A stretch of DNA of 24,848 nt, taken from contig CAYRQC010000230.1 of assembly GCA_964426265.1 (NCBI GenBank), positions 1 through 24,848 of the forward strand. The letters run 5' to 3'. The notes beneath the pieces are model-generated. The model was not told where the DNA came from. It saw nothing but the letters and a program-made list of their open reading frames with translations, and did not search any database. Made by a program: the position numbers and the translations under genes. Source of the DNA: an uncultured Phycisphaerales bacterium. GTDB taxonomy: Bacteria; Planctomycetota; B15-G4; SIAN01. Shown in pieces: positions 16,710-24,848 of this stretch (positions within the stretch are counted from its first letter, which is position 1; every line of letters begins with the position of its first letter).

Positions 16710-18983
16710 ATGGACGATGCCAACGCCGCAACTACCGCCTTGCCCGCGCCCCTGCCGCAGCCGCGGTTTGCGCGCGTCGCGGTCGCGTTGCCCGTCGATC
16801 GGACGCTTCACTACCGGATTCCCGACGCGTTGCTGGCGCAGGTGGCGGTCGGCACGCGCGTCAAGGTGCGCCTCTCCGGACGGCCGGTCTTCGGGACGGT
16901 GGTCGCACTCGATGCAGTCGCGGACGTTCCGCGAGTCATCGACGTCGAGGCCGTCATCGCGCCCGGAACACGGGTCAGCGCCGAGGTGATCGAGCTCTGT
17001 CGGTACGTCGCCGATCGCTACGGAGCGTCGCTCGGCGAGACGCTGGAGAGCGCCGTGCCGCCGCCGGTGCGCCGCGGTGGCACGGGCGTCCGCAAGGTGG
17101 TCAACGTCAAGCTCGCACCGCGACTTGCCACCGCTCTGCAGACGCGCGTGGAGGTCGATGCCCTGCAGCTGAAGCACCCGAAGCAGGCGCGGGCGCTGCG
17201 TCTGCTTGGCGAGGCGGGCAGCGAGCTGCGCGAGATCGACCTCCAACGCCGCGCGGCCGTCGGCCCCTCGCCGGTCGAGAGCTTGGTCCGCCGCGGCCTC
17301 ATCGTGCGCACGCTGACCGACGACCGCACCGATCCGGCCTTCGCGGCGCCGCTGGCACCCGCCGCACCGCCGCCGCGCCCGACCGCCGAGCAGCAGGCCG
17401 CGGTCCACGCGATCACCTTGGCGCTCGAGTCGCGGCGTCACCGCGGATTCCTGCTCTTCGGCGTGACCGGCAGCGGGAAGACCGAGGTCTACCTGCGCGC
17501 GCTCGAGGAGACGATCAAGCGCGGGCGGCGCGGGATCGTCCTGGTGCCGGAGATCGCCCTCACGCCGCAGACGGTGGCGCGCTTTCGTGGCCGCTTCCCG
17601 CGGGTCGCGGTGCTCCACTCGGCGCTCTCGGAACGCGATCGGTTGCGCGAGTGGCGGAGCATCGAGGCGGGCGCGGTCGACGTCGTGGTCGGCGCGCGCT
17701 CGGCGGTCTTCGCGCCGATGCCGGACCTGGGCCTCATCGTCGTCGACGAGGAGCACGAGCCGAGCTTCAAGCAGCAGAACCCGCCGCGCTACCACGCGCG
17801 CGAGGTGGCGCTGGCCCGCGGTGCCCGTTGCGGCGCGGTGGTGGTGCTCGGCTCCGCGACGCCGAGCCTCGAGATGTGGGTGGCTGCGCGCGACGAGCGG
17901 TTGACGCTGCTGCGCCTGCCGCGCCGCGTCGGCGGCGGCGTCCTGCCGACCGCGCTCGTGCTCGACCTCTCGGCGCTACCGTTCACCAAGCATCCGCGCA
18001 TGCTGACCGACCGCCTGCGCGCGTCACTCGAGCAGGTGATCCGCAAGCAGGAACAGGCGATCCTCTTCCTGAACCGCCGCGGCTTCGCCCGGGTGGCGTT
18101 CTGCCCGGGCTGCAAGGCGGCCACGCAGTGTCCCGAGTGCGACGTGGCGCTCGTGCTGCACCAGCGAGCCGGGCGGCTCATGTGCCACCTCTGCGGCCAT
18201 GAAGAGCCGCCGTCCGCGCGCTGCAAGAAGTGCGGGCAGGGCGTGCGCTTTCTCGGCTTTGGCACCGAGCGCGTCGAGCAGGAGCTGCGCTCGGTGCTGC
18301 CCGGCGCCCGCATCGCGCGCATGGACAGCGACACCACGGCCGCGCAGGGCGCCCACGAGAAGCTCCTCGGCGCGTTCGGGCGTGGCGAGATCGACGTGCT
18401 GATCGGCACCCAGATGATCGCGAAGGGGCTCGACTTCCCGCGTGTGACGCTGGTCGGGATCGTGTCGGCCGACACGTCGCTCTCGGTGCCCGATTGGCGC
18501 GCCAGCGAGCGGACCTTCCAGCTGGTCGCACAGGTCGCCGGCCGCGCCGGCCGTTCCGATCGCGGTGGCCTCGTGATCGTGCAGACGATCCACCCGCAAC
18601 ACCCGGCGATCCAGTGCGCCGTGCGGCACGACTACGAGGCATTCGTCGCGAGCGAGCTCCCGTTGCGCATCGAGGCCGCCTATCCGCCGTCCACCGAGAT
18701 CGTGCGCATCCTCATCTCGCACGCCGATGTCGAGCGCACGCGGCTCGCGGCGATGAAGGTCAAGGAGAAGCTCGCGCCGATGGCCGGCGAGTTCGGTGTC
18801 GAGCTGCTCGGTCCCGCTCCATGCCCGATCGAGCGCGTCCGTGGCCGCTGGCGCTGGCAGCTGCTGCTCAAGTGCCGTGCTGTCACGGAGCTGACTCGCG
18901 TTGTCGCCTGGGCCCGCGAGCGCGTCGCGCAGAGCGCCCCCGTCCGCGTCACGCTCGACGTCGACCCTGCGTCGATGCTGTGA
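16710..18983 (+). CDS. priA: Primosomal protein N' (replication restart helicase)
   Basis: Walker A GVTGSGKTEVY, LVPEIALTPQ, DEEHE, SATP, LNRRG, four CxxC pairs, GTQMIAKGLDFP, QVAGRAGR, C-terminal DVDP. Start taken as ATG 16710. Confidence 0.98.
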   Translation: MDDANAATTALPAPLPQPRFARVAVALPVDRTLHYRIPDALLAQVAVGTRVKVRLSGRPVFGTVVALDAVADVPRVIDVEAVIAPGTRVSAEVIELCRYVADRYGASLGETLESAVPPPVRRGGTGVRKVVNVKLAPRLATALQTRVEVDALQLKHPKQARALRLLGEAGSELREIDLQRRAAVGPSPVESLVRRGLIVRTLTDDRTDPAFAAPLAPAAPPPRPTAEQQAAVHAITLALESRRHRGFLLFGVTGSGKTEVYLRALEETIKRGRRGIVLVPEIALTPQTVARFRGRFPRVAVLHSALSERDRLREWRSIEAGAVDVVVGARSAVFAPMPDLGLIVVDEEHEPSFKQQNPPRYHAREVALARGARCGAVVVLGSATPSLEMWVAARDERLTLLRLPRRVGGGVLPTALVLDLSALPFTKHPRMLTDRLRASLEQVIRKQEQAILFLNRRGFARVAFCPGCKAATQCPECDVALVLHQRAGRLMCHLCGHEEPPSARCKKCGQGVRFLGFGTERVEQELRSVLPGARIARMDSDTTAAQGAHEKLLGAFGRGEIDVLIGTQMIAKGLDFPRVTLVGIVSADTSLSVPDWRASERTFQLVAQVAGRAGRSDRGGLVIVQTIHPQHPAIQCAVRHDYEAFVASELPLRIEAAYPPSTEIVRILISHADVERTRLAAMKVKEKLAPMAGEFGVELLGPAPCPIERVRGRWRWQLLLKCRAVTELTRVVAWARERVAQSAPVRVTLDVDPASML

Positions 18984-19004
18984 CACCCACCACACGATTG
19001 AGGC

Positions 19005-19141
19005 AGGCGCCCTTGGATGGTTGCCGCGGCGTGTTGATCCTCGCGACCACCGGCGCTACCACGGCCGACGCAGCGCCGAGGGTGCAGATGCAAGGAGAGG
19101 CGTCCCGCAGTCTGGCTCCGTAGGAGCCAACAAGGGCGCCT
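19005..19141 (+). ncRNA. Candidate structured RNA / multi-stem palindromic element (family not recognised)
   Basis: Perfect 11-bp closing inverted repeat AGGCGCCCTTG (19005-15) / CAAGGGCGCCT (19131-41), enclosing two perfect 7-bp hairpins and a GU-containing helix. Confidence 0.4.
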
Positions 19142-19190
19142 CGACGCCGCAGATGCGCCCTCACCGCGAGGTGCCCCGCTGGCAAGTCGG

Positions 19191-19562
19191 CTAGGCGATG
19201 AACTTCCACATCAGCCAGAGCAGCAGCACCACCCCGATCACGCTGCCGAAGACCACCGCTAGCAGCCCCTTGCCGACGGCGCCGCTCCAGCCCTTGGCGA
19301 GGTCCTTCGAGAGCCGCGCGACATCGCGATCGATCTGGGCGAGCGCCTTCCGGTCGACCGGGTCATGGGGATGGAGCAGCCGGTGCAGCTCGGTCTGCAT
19401 CGCGGCCAGCTTGGGAAGGTGGGTGCGCGCCTCATCGAGGCGTCCACCCTTGACCAGGCTCTCGAGCGAGCTGACCAGCTGACGGAACTTCTGCCGCGAG
19501 TCGACGAGCGTCTCGCCGAGCAGGTTGGACTCTCTGGGTCGAAACGGGTTGTGGGCGGACAT
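19191..19562 (-). CDS. Hypothetical helical protein with single C-terminal transmembrane anchor
   Basis: 123 aa from ATG 19562 (MSAHNPFRPRESNLLGETL...). Amphipathic helical body and terminal GLLAVVFGSVIGVVLLLWLMWKFIA. The upstream extension to 19802 looks non-coding. Confidence 0.65.
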   Translation of the reverse strand: MSAHNPFRPRESNLLGETLVDSRQKFRQLVSSLESLVKGGRLDEARTHLPKLAAMQTELHRLLHPHDPVDRKALAQIDRDVARLSKDLAKGWSGAVGKGLLAVVFGSVIGVVLLLWLMWKFIA

Positions 19563-19658
19563 GGTGCCGTGTCTTAGCGCGTCAGCGGAGGATTGAAGCA
19601 TGTCGCCGTTCGACGCAGGCGGCGGCCGCTTCTTCCCACGCGACGGCCGCCCTGGCGT

Positions 19659-19688
19659 TCCCGGGAGCCCCCGGGGATCCCCGGGGAG
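19659..19688. repeat. Three CCCGGG units at exact 10-bp spacing, including an 18-bp perfect palindrome
   Basis: CCCGGG at 19660, 19670 and 19680; CCCCGGGGATCCCCGGGG at 19669-19686. Confidence 0.8.
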
Positions 19689-19862
19689 ACTGCGGTCAGC
19701 CGCCGCGGTCGGGAATCGTCTTCCGGTCGCGCCGATTGGCCGCGCTTGGCGCTCAAGGTAGTAGTCCTTCGTGCGCTGCCGGGTTCGGCCACCGCTTTCC
19801 ACCCGGCGCGCCTGCCCACCGAGTCCGTCGCCCGGCCGCCGGTTTCACCGCGAGCTCCTCCG

Positions 19863-20234
19863 ATGCACCGCTCACTCACGCTGCTCCTGCTGTTGGTCGG
19901 CGCCGTCGCGTGCGCCTCGCCCTACCACTCCGGCAGCCACGTGACCGGCGCGGGCGGCCTCGTGGTCGAGCAATCGTCCCTCCACGCGACTGACCACGGG
20001 CAGCGGTTGGCGCTGCGCCTGCTCGATCCGGCGGGCCTCTCGGCGGCCCGTTCCACGGTCGTCGTGTCGAGCGTCGCGGCGGATGGCTCCCTCGTCGAGC
20101 TGGCGCGCGGGCGGATCGATCGAATCGCTCTCTCTCACGTGCCCTACGACCGCTCCCGTCACGCCACGGCGGTGGTCGAGCTTGCCACGCCACTCCCCGC
20201 GGAGGTCATCGTCGAGCTCCGCCCCGGTCGCTGA
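19863..20234 (+). CDS. Putative small lipoprotein / exported protein
   Basis: MHRSLTLLLLLVGAVA-C (basic N-region, hydrophobic core, imperfect lipobox), followed by a beta-rich body. 123 aa. Confidence 0.6.
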   Translation: MHRSLTLLLLLVGAVACASPYHSGSHVTGAGGLVVEQSSLHATDHGQRLALRLLDPAGLSAARSTVVVSSVAADGSLVELARGRIDRIALSHVPYDRSRHATAVVELATPLPAEVIVELRPGR

Positions 20235-20474
20235 TCGAGCGGCAGCGCGTTCCGCTTCGTCGCTCACCGCGCCCGATGCGGTCGGAATCGTTTGCGCACA
20301 CCGCTGCTGCGTAGGCGCGCCGCGCGCAGCGTCCGCGAATCGAGCTGAAGCCCACCGCCGCGGTCGCGCCGAAGCAATCGGTGAGTCGCGCGCCCACGGC
20401 ACGCGGCCAGACCCGAGGTTCGGCGGCGGGAGGGCAGGGCGTTGGGGCAGCGCGCAAGCTGGTCGAACCGCGGC

Positions 20475-21701
20475 GTGCGGAGTCGCATTGTCTTCGGTGT
20501 CGGTTCTGCCATCGTTGGCGCGGTCGGCATGACGGTCGAAGCCGGCGCGCAGTCGTGGCTCGATCAGGAGCGATTGGGCGGCGACTGGCTCGGTCTGCAC
20601 GGCGCGCTCGCCGAGCGCGGCGTCGACGTCGAGGCCGGCTGGACCGCCGAGTTGGCGCGCGTGCTCGATGGCGGCGCCCGGGAGCGCTCGACCTTCCACC
20701 ATCTGCTCGACATCAACGTCACCTTCGATCTCGACCGGCTCACGGCCATTCCCGGTGCGACTCTCTACGCCGATGGCTACGTACTGAATGGCCGCCAGCT
20801 GTCGAACGACGTCGGCGACTATCAAGGGGTCTCGAACTTCGACTCGGCGCCGATGCAGCAGCTCGCAGAGGTCTGGTGGGAACAGCGCCTCCTCGACGAC
20901 CAGCTGCGCTTCAAGCTCGGCAAGGTCGACGCCTACACCGAGTTCGGCGTGGTCGAGAACGGAGGAGAGCTGCTCCACTCGTCGGTCGCCTACTCGCCGA
21001 CCACCGCGCTGCCGAGCTACCCCGATCCCGCGACCGCGATCTGTGCGTTCTGGGCGGCGCCCGCCGGCTCGCTGCTGGAGGGGGCGTCATTCTCCCTCGG
21101 CTGTTTCGACGGCGCCGCGCAAGAGGGAGTGCGCACCGGAGCGCGCGGGCCACGGACCTTCTTCGGACCGCCGGCCGACCTCTACTGGATCTGCGAGGCG
21201 GGCTGGCGCTGGAGCTGCTGCGGCGACCTGGCCGGTCGCTGCGCGGTCGGCACTTCGCTCCACACCGGCACGTTCGATCGCTTCGACGGGACCACCGAGA
21301 ACGGAACGCGCAACGGCTACCTGACCCTCGACCAGACGTTCTGGCGTGAGCATCCCGACGCCGCCGCGGATGGGCAGGGCTTCGGCCTCGCGCTGCGGTT
21401 CGGGCTCGCCGACGACGAGGTGAGCGAGGCGGCGCGGGACGGCGCGCTCGCGCTGCAGTGGACCGGCTGCGTGCCGGCGCGCGACCTCGACGTACTCGGT
21501 TTCGCTGCGGCATGGGTCGAGTTCGCCGACGATGCCGGGTTCACCGAAAACGAGGAGCTGGTGCTCGAGCTCGTCTACAAGGTCCAGGCGACGCCGTGGC
21601 TCGCGATCCACCCCGACCTTCAGTACGTCATCCACCCGGGTGGCGATGCAACGCTCGACAACGCGTGGGTCGCGATGCTCCGGATCGACGTGACGCTCTG
21701 A
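20475..21701 (+). CDS. Carbohydrate-selective porin, OprB family
   Basis: Signal peptide; RLGGDWLG..L.ERGV, LAEVWWEQRLLDD.LRFKLGKVD, LPSYP, ELVYKVQATPWLAIHPDLQYVIHPGG. Start taken as GTG 20475. Confidence 0.9.
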   Translation: MRSRIVFGVGSAIVGAVGMTVEAGAQSWLDQERLGGDWLGLHGALAERGVDVEAGWTAELARVLDGGARERSTFHHLLDINVTFDLDRLTAIPGATLYADGYVLNGRQLSNDVGDYQGVSNFDSAPMQQLAEVWWEQRLLDDQLRFKLGKVDAYTEFGVVENGGELLHSSVAYSPTTALPSYPDPATAICAFWAAPAGSLLEGASFSLGCFDGAAQEGVRTGARGPRTFFGPPADLYWICEAGWRWSCCGDLAGRCAVGTSLHTGTFDRFDGTTENGTRNGYLTLDQTFWREHPDAAADGQGFGLALRFGLADDEVSEAARDGALALQWTGCVPARDLDVLGFAAAWVEFADDAGFTENEELVLELVYKVQATPWLAIHPDLQYVIHPGGDATLDNAWVAMLRIDVTL

Positions 21702-21723
21702 GTGACCGGCTGGCCCTGCTGGT

Positions 21724-23310
21724 CTAGCGCGCCGGCGGCGGCGTGAAGAAGTCCTCGAGCGCGGCGCGCTGCTCGGGCGTGGGATCAGGGAGTGCAACGA
21801 CACGCCCCAGGCCGCCCTTGGTGGTGTAGCCGATCGTTTGCAGGCGCGTCTTGAGGTCGGGGAGCTTCGGGCCGTCGATGTAGGCGTCGAAGAAATCGTC
21901 GAGGTCGGCTTGGGCGATCCCGGCCACGATCGCCGGCATCTCCTCCTCGCCGAAGCCGCGGCCGCGCTGCGCATAGGCGCGGTTCAAGTAGCGCAGGAGG
22001 TCGGCGATTCCGCGCTCGCCCTTCGATGCCTCGCGCATCTCGAGGTCGAGCGCGAGCATCGTCCAACAACCACCCTGGTAGTGCTTGATCGAGAAGGCGA
22101 TCAGGTCGCCCATGCCCTTCCAGTCGGCGGTGGCGCGCGAGACGTCGGTCCACGAGCGGTCGCCAGCCATGCCCCACATCGCCTTCGCCTGCCCGCCCTC
22201 GTTCGCGAGCTCGTCGAAGAACTGCTGCCGCGTGCAAAGGCCGGCAGTGAGCATGAGGTGGCGGCAGAAATATTCGGTGATCCCCTCGTTGACCCAGATC
22301 GTGCCGGTCTCCAGCGGCTGGGTGTAGTCGGGGCGCTCGAGCGCGTCGACGTGGATCCGCTCGGCGCACCAGCAGTGGAAGTATTCGTGCGCGAGGAGGT
22401 GGTCGTACTCGCTGGTCGCGCCGAGCGCGGCCTCGCAGAAGATCAGCGTCGAGTTGCTGTGCTCGAGGCCGGCGCCGCCTCCTTCGTTGGCGGTGAAGCC
22501 GAGCAGGAAGTGGTAGCGATCGTAGGGCAGCCCTTGCATCCAATCGCGCCCCGCCTCGACCAGACGCCGGCAGTGGTCGGCGATCTGGTCGGCGCGCGCC
22601 TGCGTTCCGCCATAGAGCGTCACCCAGTGGGGGATGCCGTCCACCTCGAAAGGAACGGTGAGCTGCGTCGGAGAGAAGAGCGCCGGCGAGTCCTCGAGCC
22701 GGTACCAGCTCGGCGCGACCAGTGTCCCATCGTCCTTCGCCGGCAGTGCGCACGCGACCTTCCATCCCGCGGGCAGCTCATAGACCAGCTCGCACGGCCG
22801 GTCGAGCGCGCGCGCGACGAAGCCGAGCAGCGAGTTCGGGCTGACGAAGCCGTACTCCTGGGTGATGCGGTTGCCCTCGACGTTCAACACCATGTGGTCG
22901 TTGACGTCCTTCTGGGCGCAGGCGCGTGCGGTGTAGGTGAGCGTCACCGCGTGCGACTCGCCGGCGTCGATCACGAAACGGCTGGTGCCGTCCCGCGTGA
23001 CGGCGAGCGCGGAGCCGTCTTCGGAGGTCGCCGTCAGCTCGGTGACGAAGCTGCCGTACTCGGCGAGGTGGTAGGCGCCGGCCGTCCAACGCGCCATCTG
23101 GAACTCGAGATCGCCCGTTTCCGAGTGGGGGAAGGTCGCGGTGACCGTCCAGCTCTTCTCCTCCGCGTTCATCCGGACGCGATAGCGAGCCGGCGCGGGA
23201 TCGTCAGCGAATCGGGTTGCGGCCTGCAGCGGCGCTGCAGCGATCGACGCGACACCGAGCCACACGCCGGCGAGCGGCGCGGCATGGCGCCGCAGGCACG
23301 AGAGATCCAT
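21724..23310 (-). CDS. Secreted M61 (glycyl aminopeptidase)-like zinc metallopeptidase
   Basis: Signal peptide; M61 N-terminal pattern (FQMARWTAGAY, SWYRLEDSP); GGGAGLEH.NST; HExxH = AHEYFHCW (22375-22389); downstream WVNEGITEY. Confidence 0.88.
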   Translation of the reverse strand: MDLSCLRRHAAPLAGVWLGVASIAAAPLQAATRFADDPAPARYRVRMNAEEKSWTVTATFPHSETGDLEFQMARWTAGAYHLAEYGSFVTELTATSEDGSALAVTRDGTSRFVIDAGESHAVTLTYTARACAQKDVNDHMVLNVEGNRITQEYGFVSPNSLLGFVARALDRPCELVYELPAGWKVACALPAKDDGTLVAPSWYRLEDSPALFSPTQLTVPFEVDGIPHWVTLYGGTQARADQIADHCRRLVEAGRDWMQGLPYDRYHFLLGFTANEGGGAGLEHSNSTLIFCEAALGATSEYDHLLAHEYFHCWCAERIHVDALERPDYTQPLETGTIWVNEGITEYFCRHLMLTAGLCTRQQFFDELANEGGQAKAMWGMAGDRSWTDVSRATADWKGMGDLIAFSIKHYQGGCWTMLALDLEMREASKGERGIADLLRYLNRAYAQRGRGFGEEEMPAIVAGIAQADLDDFFDAYIDGPKLPDLKTRLQTIGYTTKGGLGRVVALPDPTPEQRAALEDFFTPPPAR

Positions 23311-23340
23311 CGGGTTCCGGTCTCCAGCGCTCCAGTGTCT

Positions 23341-24846
23341 TCAGCGGGCCGGCGGCGGCAGCACGTTCTTGAGCGCGAGCAGCGCGAAGGCGGTGCCGCA
23401 GCTCTTGCCGATCTCGTGGTCGTCGAGGAACGAGCCGTCGATTTCCGGCAGTCCCGTGATCTTCGCGAGGAACCAGCCGCGCAGAGCCTTCTGGCCGCCC
23501 ACCGGCAGCAGCCGCATCGCCGCGCTCGCGTGGTAGAGATCGTGGAAGAAGAAGAAGCCCCCGAGCTCGCCATCCGTATGGAAGTCACACTTCGAGATCT
23601 TCTCGAAGCGGTCGAAGTACTGCTGGTAGGTCGAGAGCGCCTTCGCCAGCGTCTTGACGTCGCTCTTCTTCCAGGCGAAGAGCGCCGCTTCGCAGACCGG
23701 CGTGCGGCCGCTCGAATCCTTGGCGTACTCGGGGCTGGGCGCCGGGGAACCACGCGCACCGGCGCCGTCGTAGGCGTAGGTGCCGTCCGCATGGCGCGCC
23801 GCGATCACCCCGTCGATCCCGCGCTGGACCACCTCCTTCTGCACCTCGACGCCGAGGTCGGCGGCGCACTTCAGTGCATCGAGCACAACCGCGCTGCAGA
23901 AGGCGTTGTCGTACTCGTGGGCCCATTGGCCGCTCTTCCGCTGGGTCGCGACCAGCTTCTGCACCAGCTCCGCGACGCGCGCGAGCAGGTCGGTGCGCTG
24001 GCCCTTGTCTTCCGTGGTGGCGATCACTCGATCGAGGTAGAGGATGCGGTAGGCGTGCGCGTAGCACTCCTCGTTGCGGCCGGCGTTGAGGTGACCCGAG
24101 TGCAGGAGATAGTCCTCCGCGCGCGCGAGCGCGCTGTCGACCTCGTCGGATGCCAAGTCGCGCCAATCGAGCAGCGCACTCGCCGCGAGCGCCGTGATCG
24201 CCATCCACGCGTTCGGTGTGATCTCGGGGGTGTCCCAGTAGGCGTAGCGGCAGTCGCTCCACGAGCCATCGGCGCGCTGCATCTTGAGCAGCCAGTGGAG
24301 CGCGCGATCGGCGACGTCGGCGGCGTCGGCCGGCTTGCGCCGCCATCGCGTGTCGGTGGGGATCGCCCCGGCCGCGGGCAGCGTCGTCTCGAAGGGCCAC
24401 TCGAAGGCGTGGCATGCCGCGCCCGCCGGCGTCTTGTCGGGCGTCAGCACCAGGTTGGCGGCCGCGCGCCACGCGAACGGGCTCCCTGCGTGGTCATGGG
24501 CGAGCGCGCGCCAACCGGCGAGCGCCGCCTCGTCCTTCCCGCCGAGCCAGGCGGTGAGCGCGTCGTAGTAGGCGGTGCGCGTCTTCTCCAGAAGCGCGGG
24601 TTCAGGAGTCGCGAAGACGTTGGCCGCCGACGGCTTCTTGTCTTCGGGATCGAGCTCCGGTCGCGCCGCGAGCACGCGGCCGAGCACCGCCGCGAACCAG
24701 CGCGGATCGAACGTGCGGATGTGGTCGACGACGTGGACGACCTTGCCGTCGGGCGCGAGGAAGACCAGCGCCGGTTCGAGGCTCTCCCATGCGACCAGTC
24801 CGAACTCCTTCCCGACCTCCTTCGACAGCCGCGTGCGCAGCGGGAC
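23341..24846 (-). CDS. Thioredoxin-like + TPR-like + prenyltransferase/squalene-cyclase-type QW-repeat toroid protein (5'-truncated by the window edge)
   Basis: The frame stays open to the window edge (…KEFGLVAWESLEPALVFLAPDGKVV…), so the 24687 start is internal. QW-like repeats: ALHWLLKMQRADGSW, LVATQRKSGQW, ARHADGTY, PEIDGSF. Confidence 0.75.
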   Translation of the reverse strand, partial: VPLRTRLSKEVGKEFGLVAWESLEPALVFLAPDGKVVHVVDHIRTFDPRWFAAVLGRVLAARPELDPEDKKPSAANVFATPEPALLEKTRTAYYDALTAWLGGKDEAALAGWRALAHDHAGSPFAWRAAANLVLTPDKTPAGAACHAFEWPFETTLPAAGAIPTDTRWRRKPADAADVADRALHWLLKMQRADGSWSDCRYAYWDTPEITPNAWMAITALAASALLDWRDLASDEVDSALARAEDYLLHSGHLNAGRNEECYAHAYRILYLDRVIATTEDKGQRTDLLARVAELVQKLVATQRKSGQWAHEYDNAFCSAVVLDALKCAADLGVEVQKEVVQRGIDGVIAARHADGTYAYDGAGARGSPAPSPEYAKDSSGRTPVCEAALFAWKKSDVKTLAKALSTYQQYFDRFEKISKCDFHTDGELGGFFFFHDLYHASAAMRLLPVGGQKALRGWFLAKITGLPEIDGSFLDDHEIGKSCGTAFALLALKNVLPPPAR

Positions 24847-24848
24847 GA

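Noticed and set aside
19563-19862. Upstream extensions of the two divergent ORFs (to 19802 and from 19593)
   Set aside because: They overlap each other head-to-head and have low-complexity Arg/Pro/Gly composition; the internal ATGs give coherent proteins.
23341-24400. Squalene-hopene cyclase assignment
   Set aside because: QW-like repeats are present, but there is no DXDD motif and only a single toroid.
1-24848. tRNA, rRNA, CRISPR array, IS or prophage genes
   Set aside because: No cloverleaf with GTTCGA T-loop context, no regularly spaced repeat-spacer array, and no transposase, integrase or phage motifs seen.

Overview
High-GC bacterial chromosomal window. The gene content (DUF3352-like protein, QW-repeat toroid protein, tpiA-secG-yicC-gmk block) suggests Planctomycetota, but this is inference. 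From 1 to 18983 almost everything is on the + strand: mtnP (5'-truncated), a structured intergenic region, a DUF3352-like protein with a C-terminal STN/N0-like domain, a degenerate Nudix protein, an orphan gspK-like gene, tpiA, secG, pyrE, yicC, gmk, ftsK, a second motor-less FtsK-like gene, pgsA, pgpA, a HAMP-SpoIIE protein with missing catalytic aspartates, a MazG-like gene and priA. These are followed by a candidate structured RNA, a divergent pair of small membrane/lipoprotein genes, an OprB-type porin, and on the - strand an M61-type peptidase and a 5'-truncated thioredoxin-like/TPR/QW-toroid gene. I see no tRNA, rRNA, CRISPR array or mobile element. The most striking item is the tandem, translationally coupled ftsK pair. 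The second copy keeps a membrane anchor and the gamma winged-helix domain but has no ATPase motor, and carries a ~114-aa hyperacidic tract with four Trp-acidic motifs just before the gamma domain. All family assignments come from motif recognition by eye; no database search was run.
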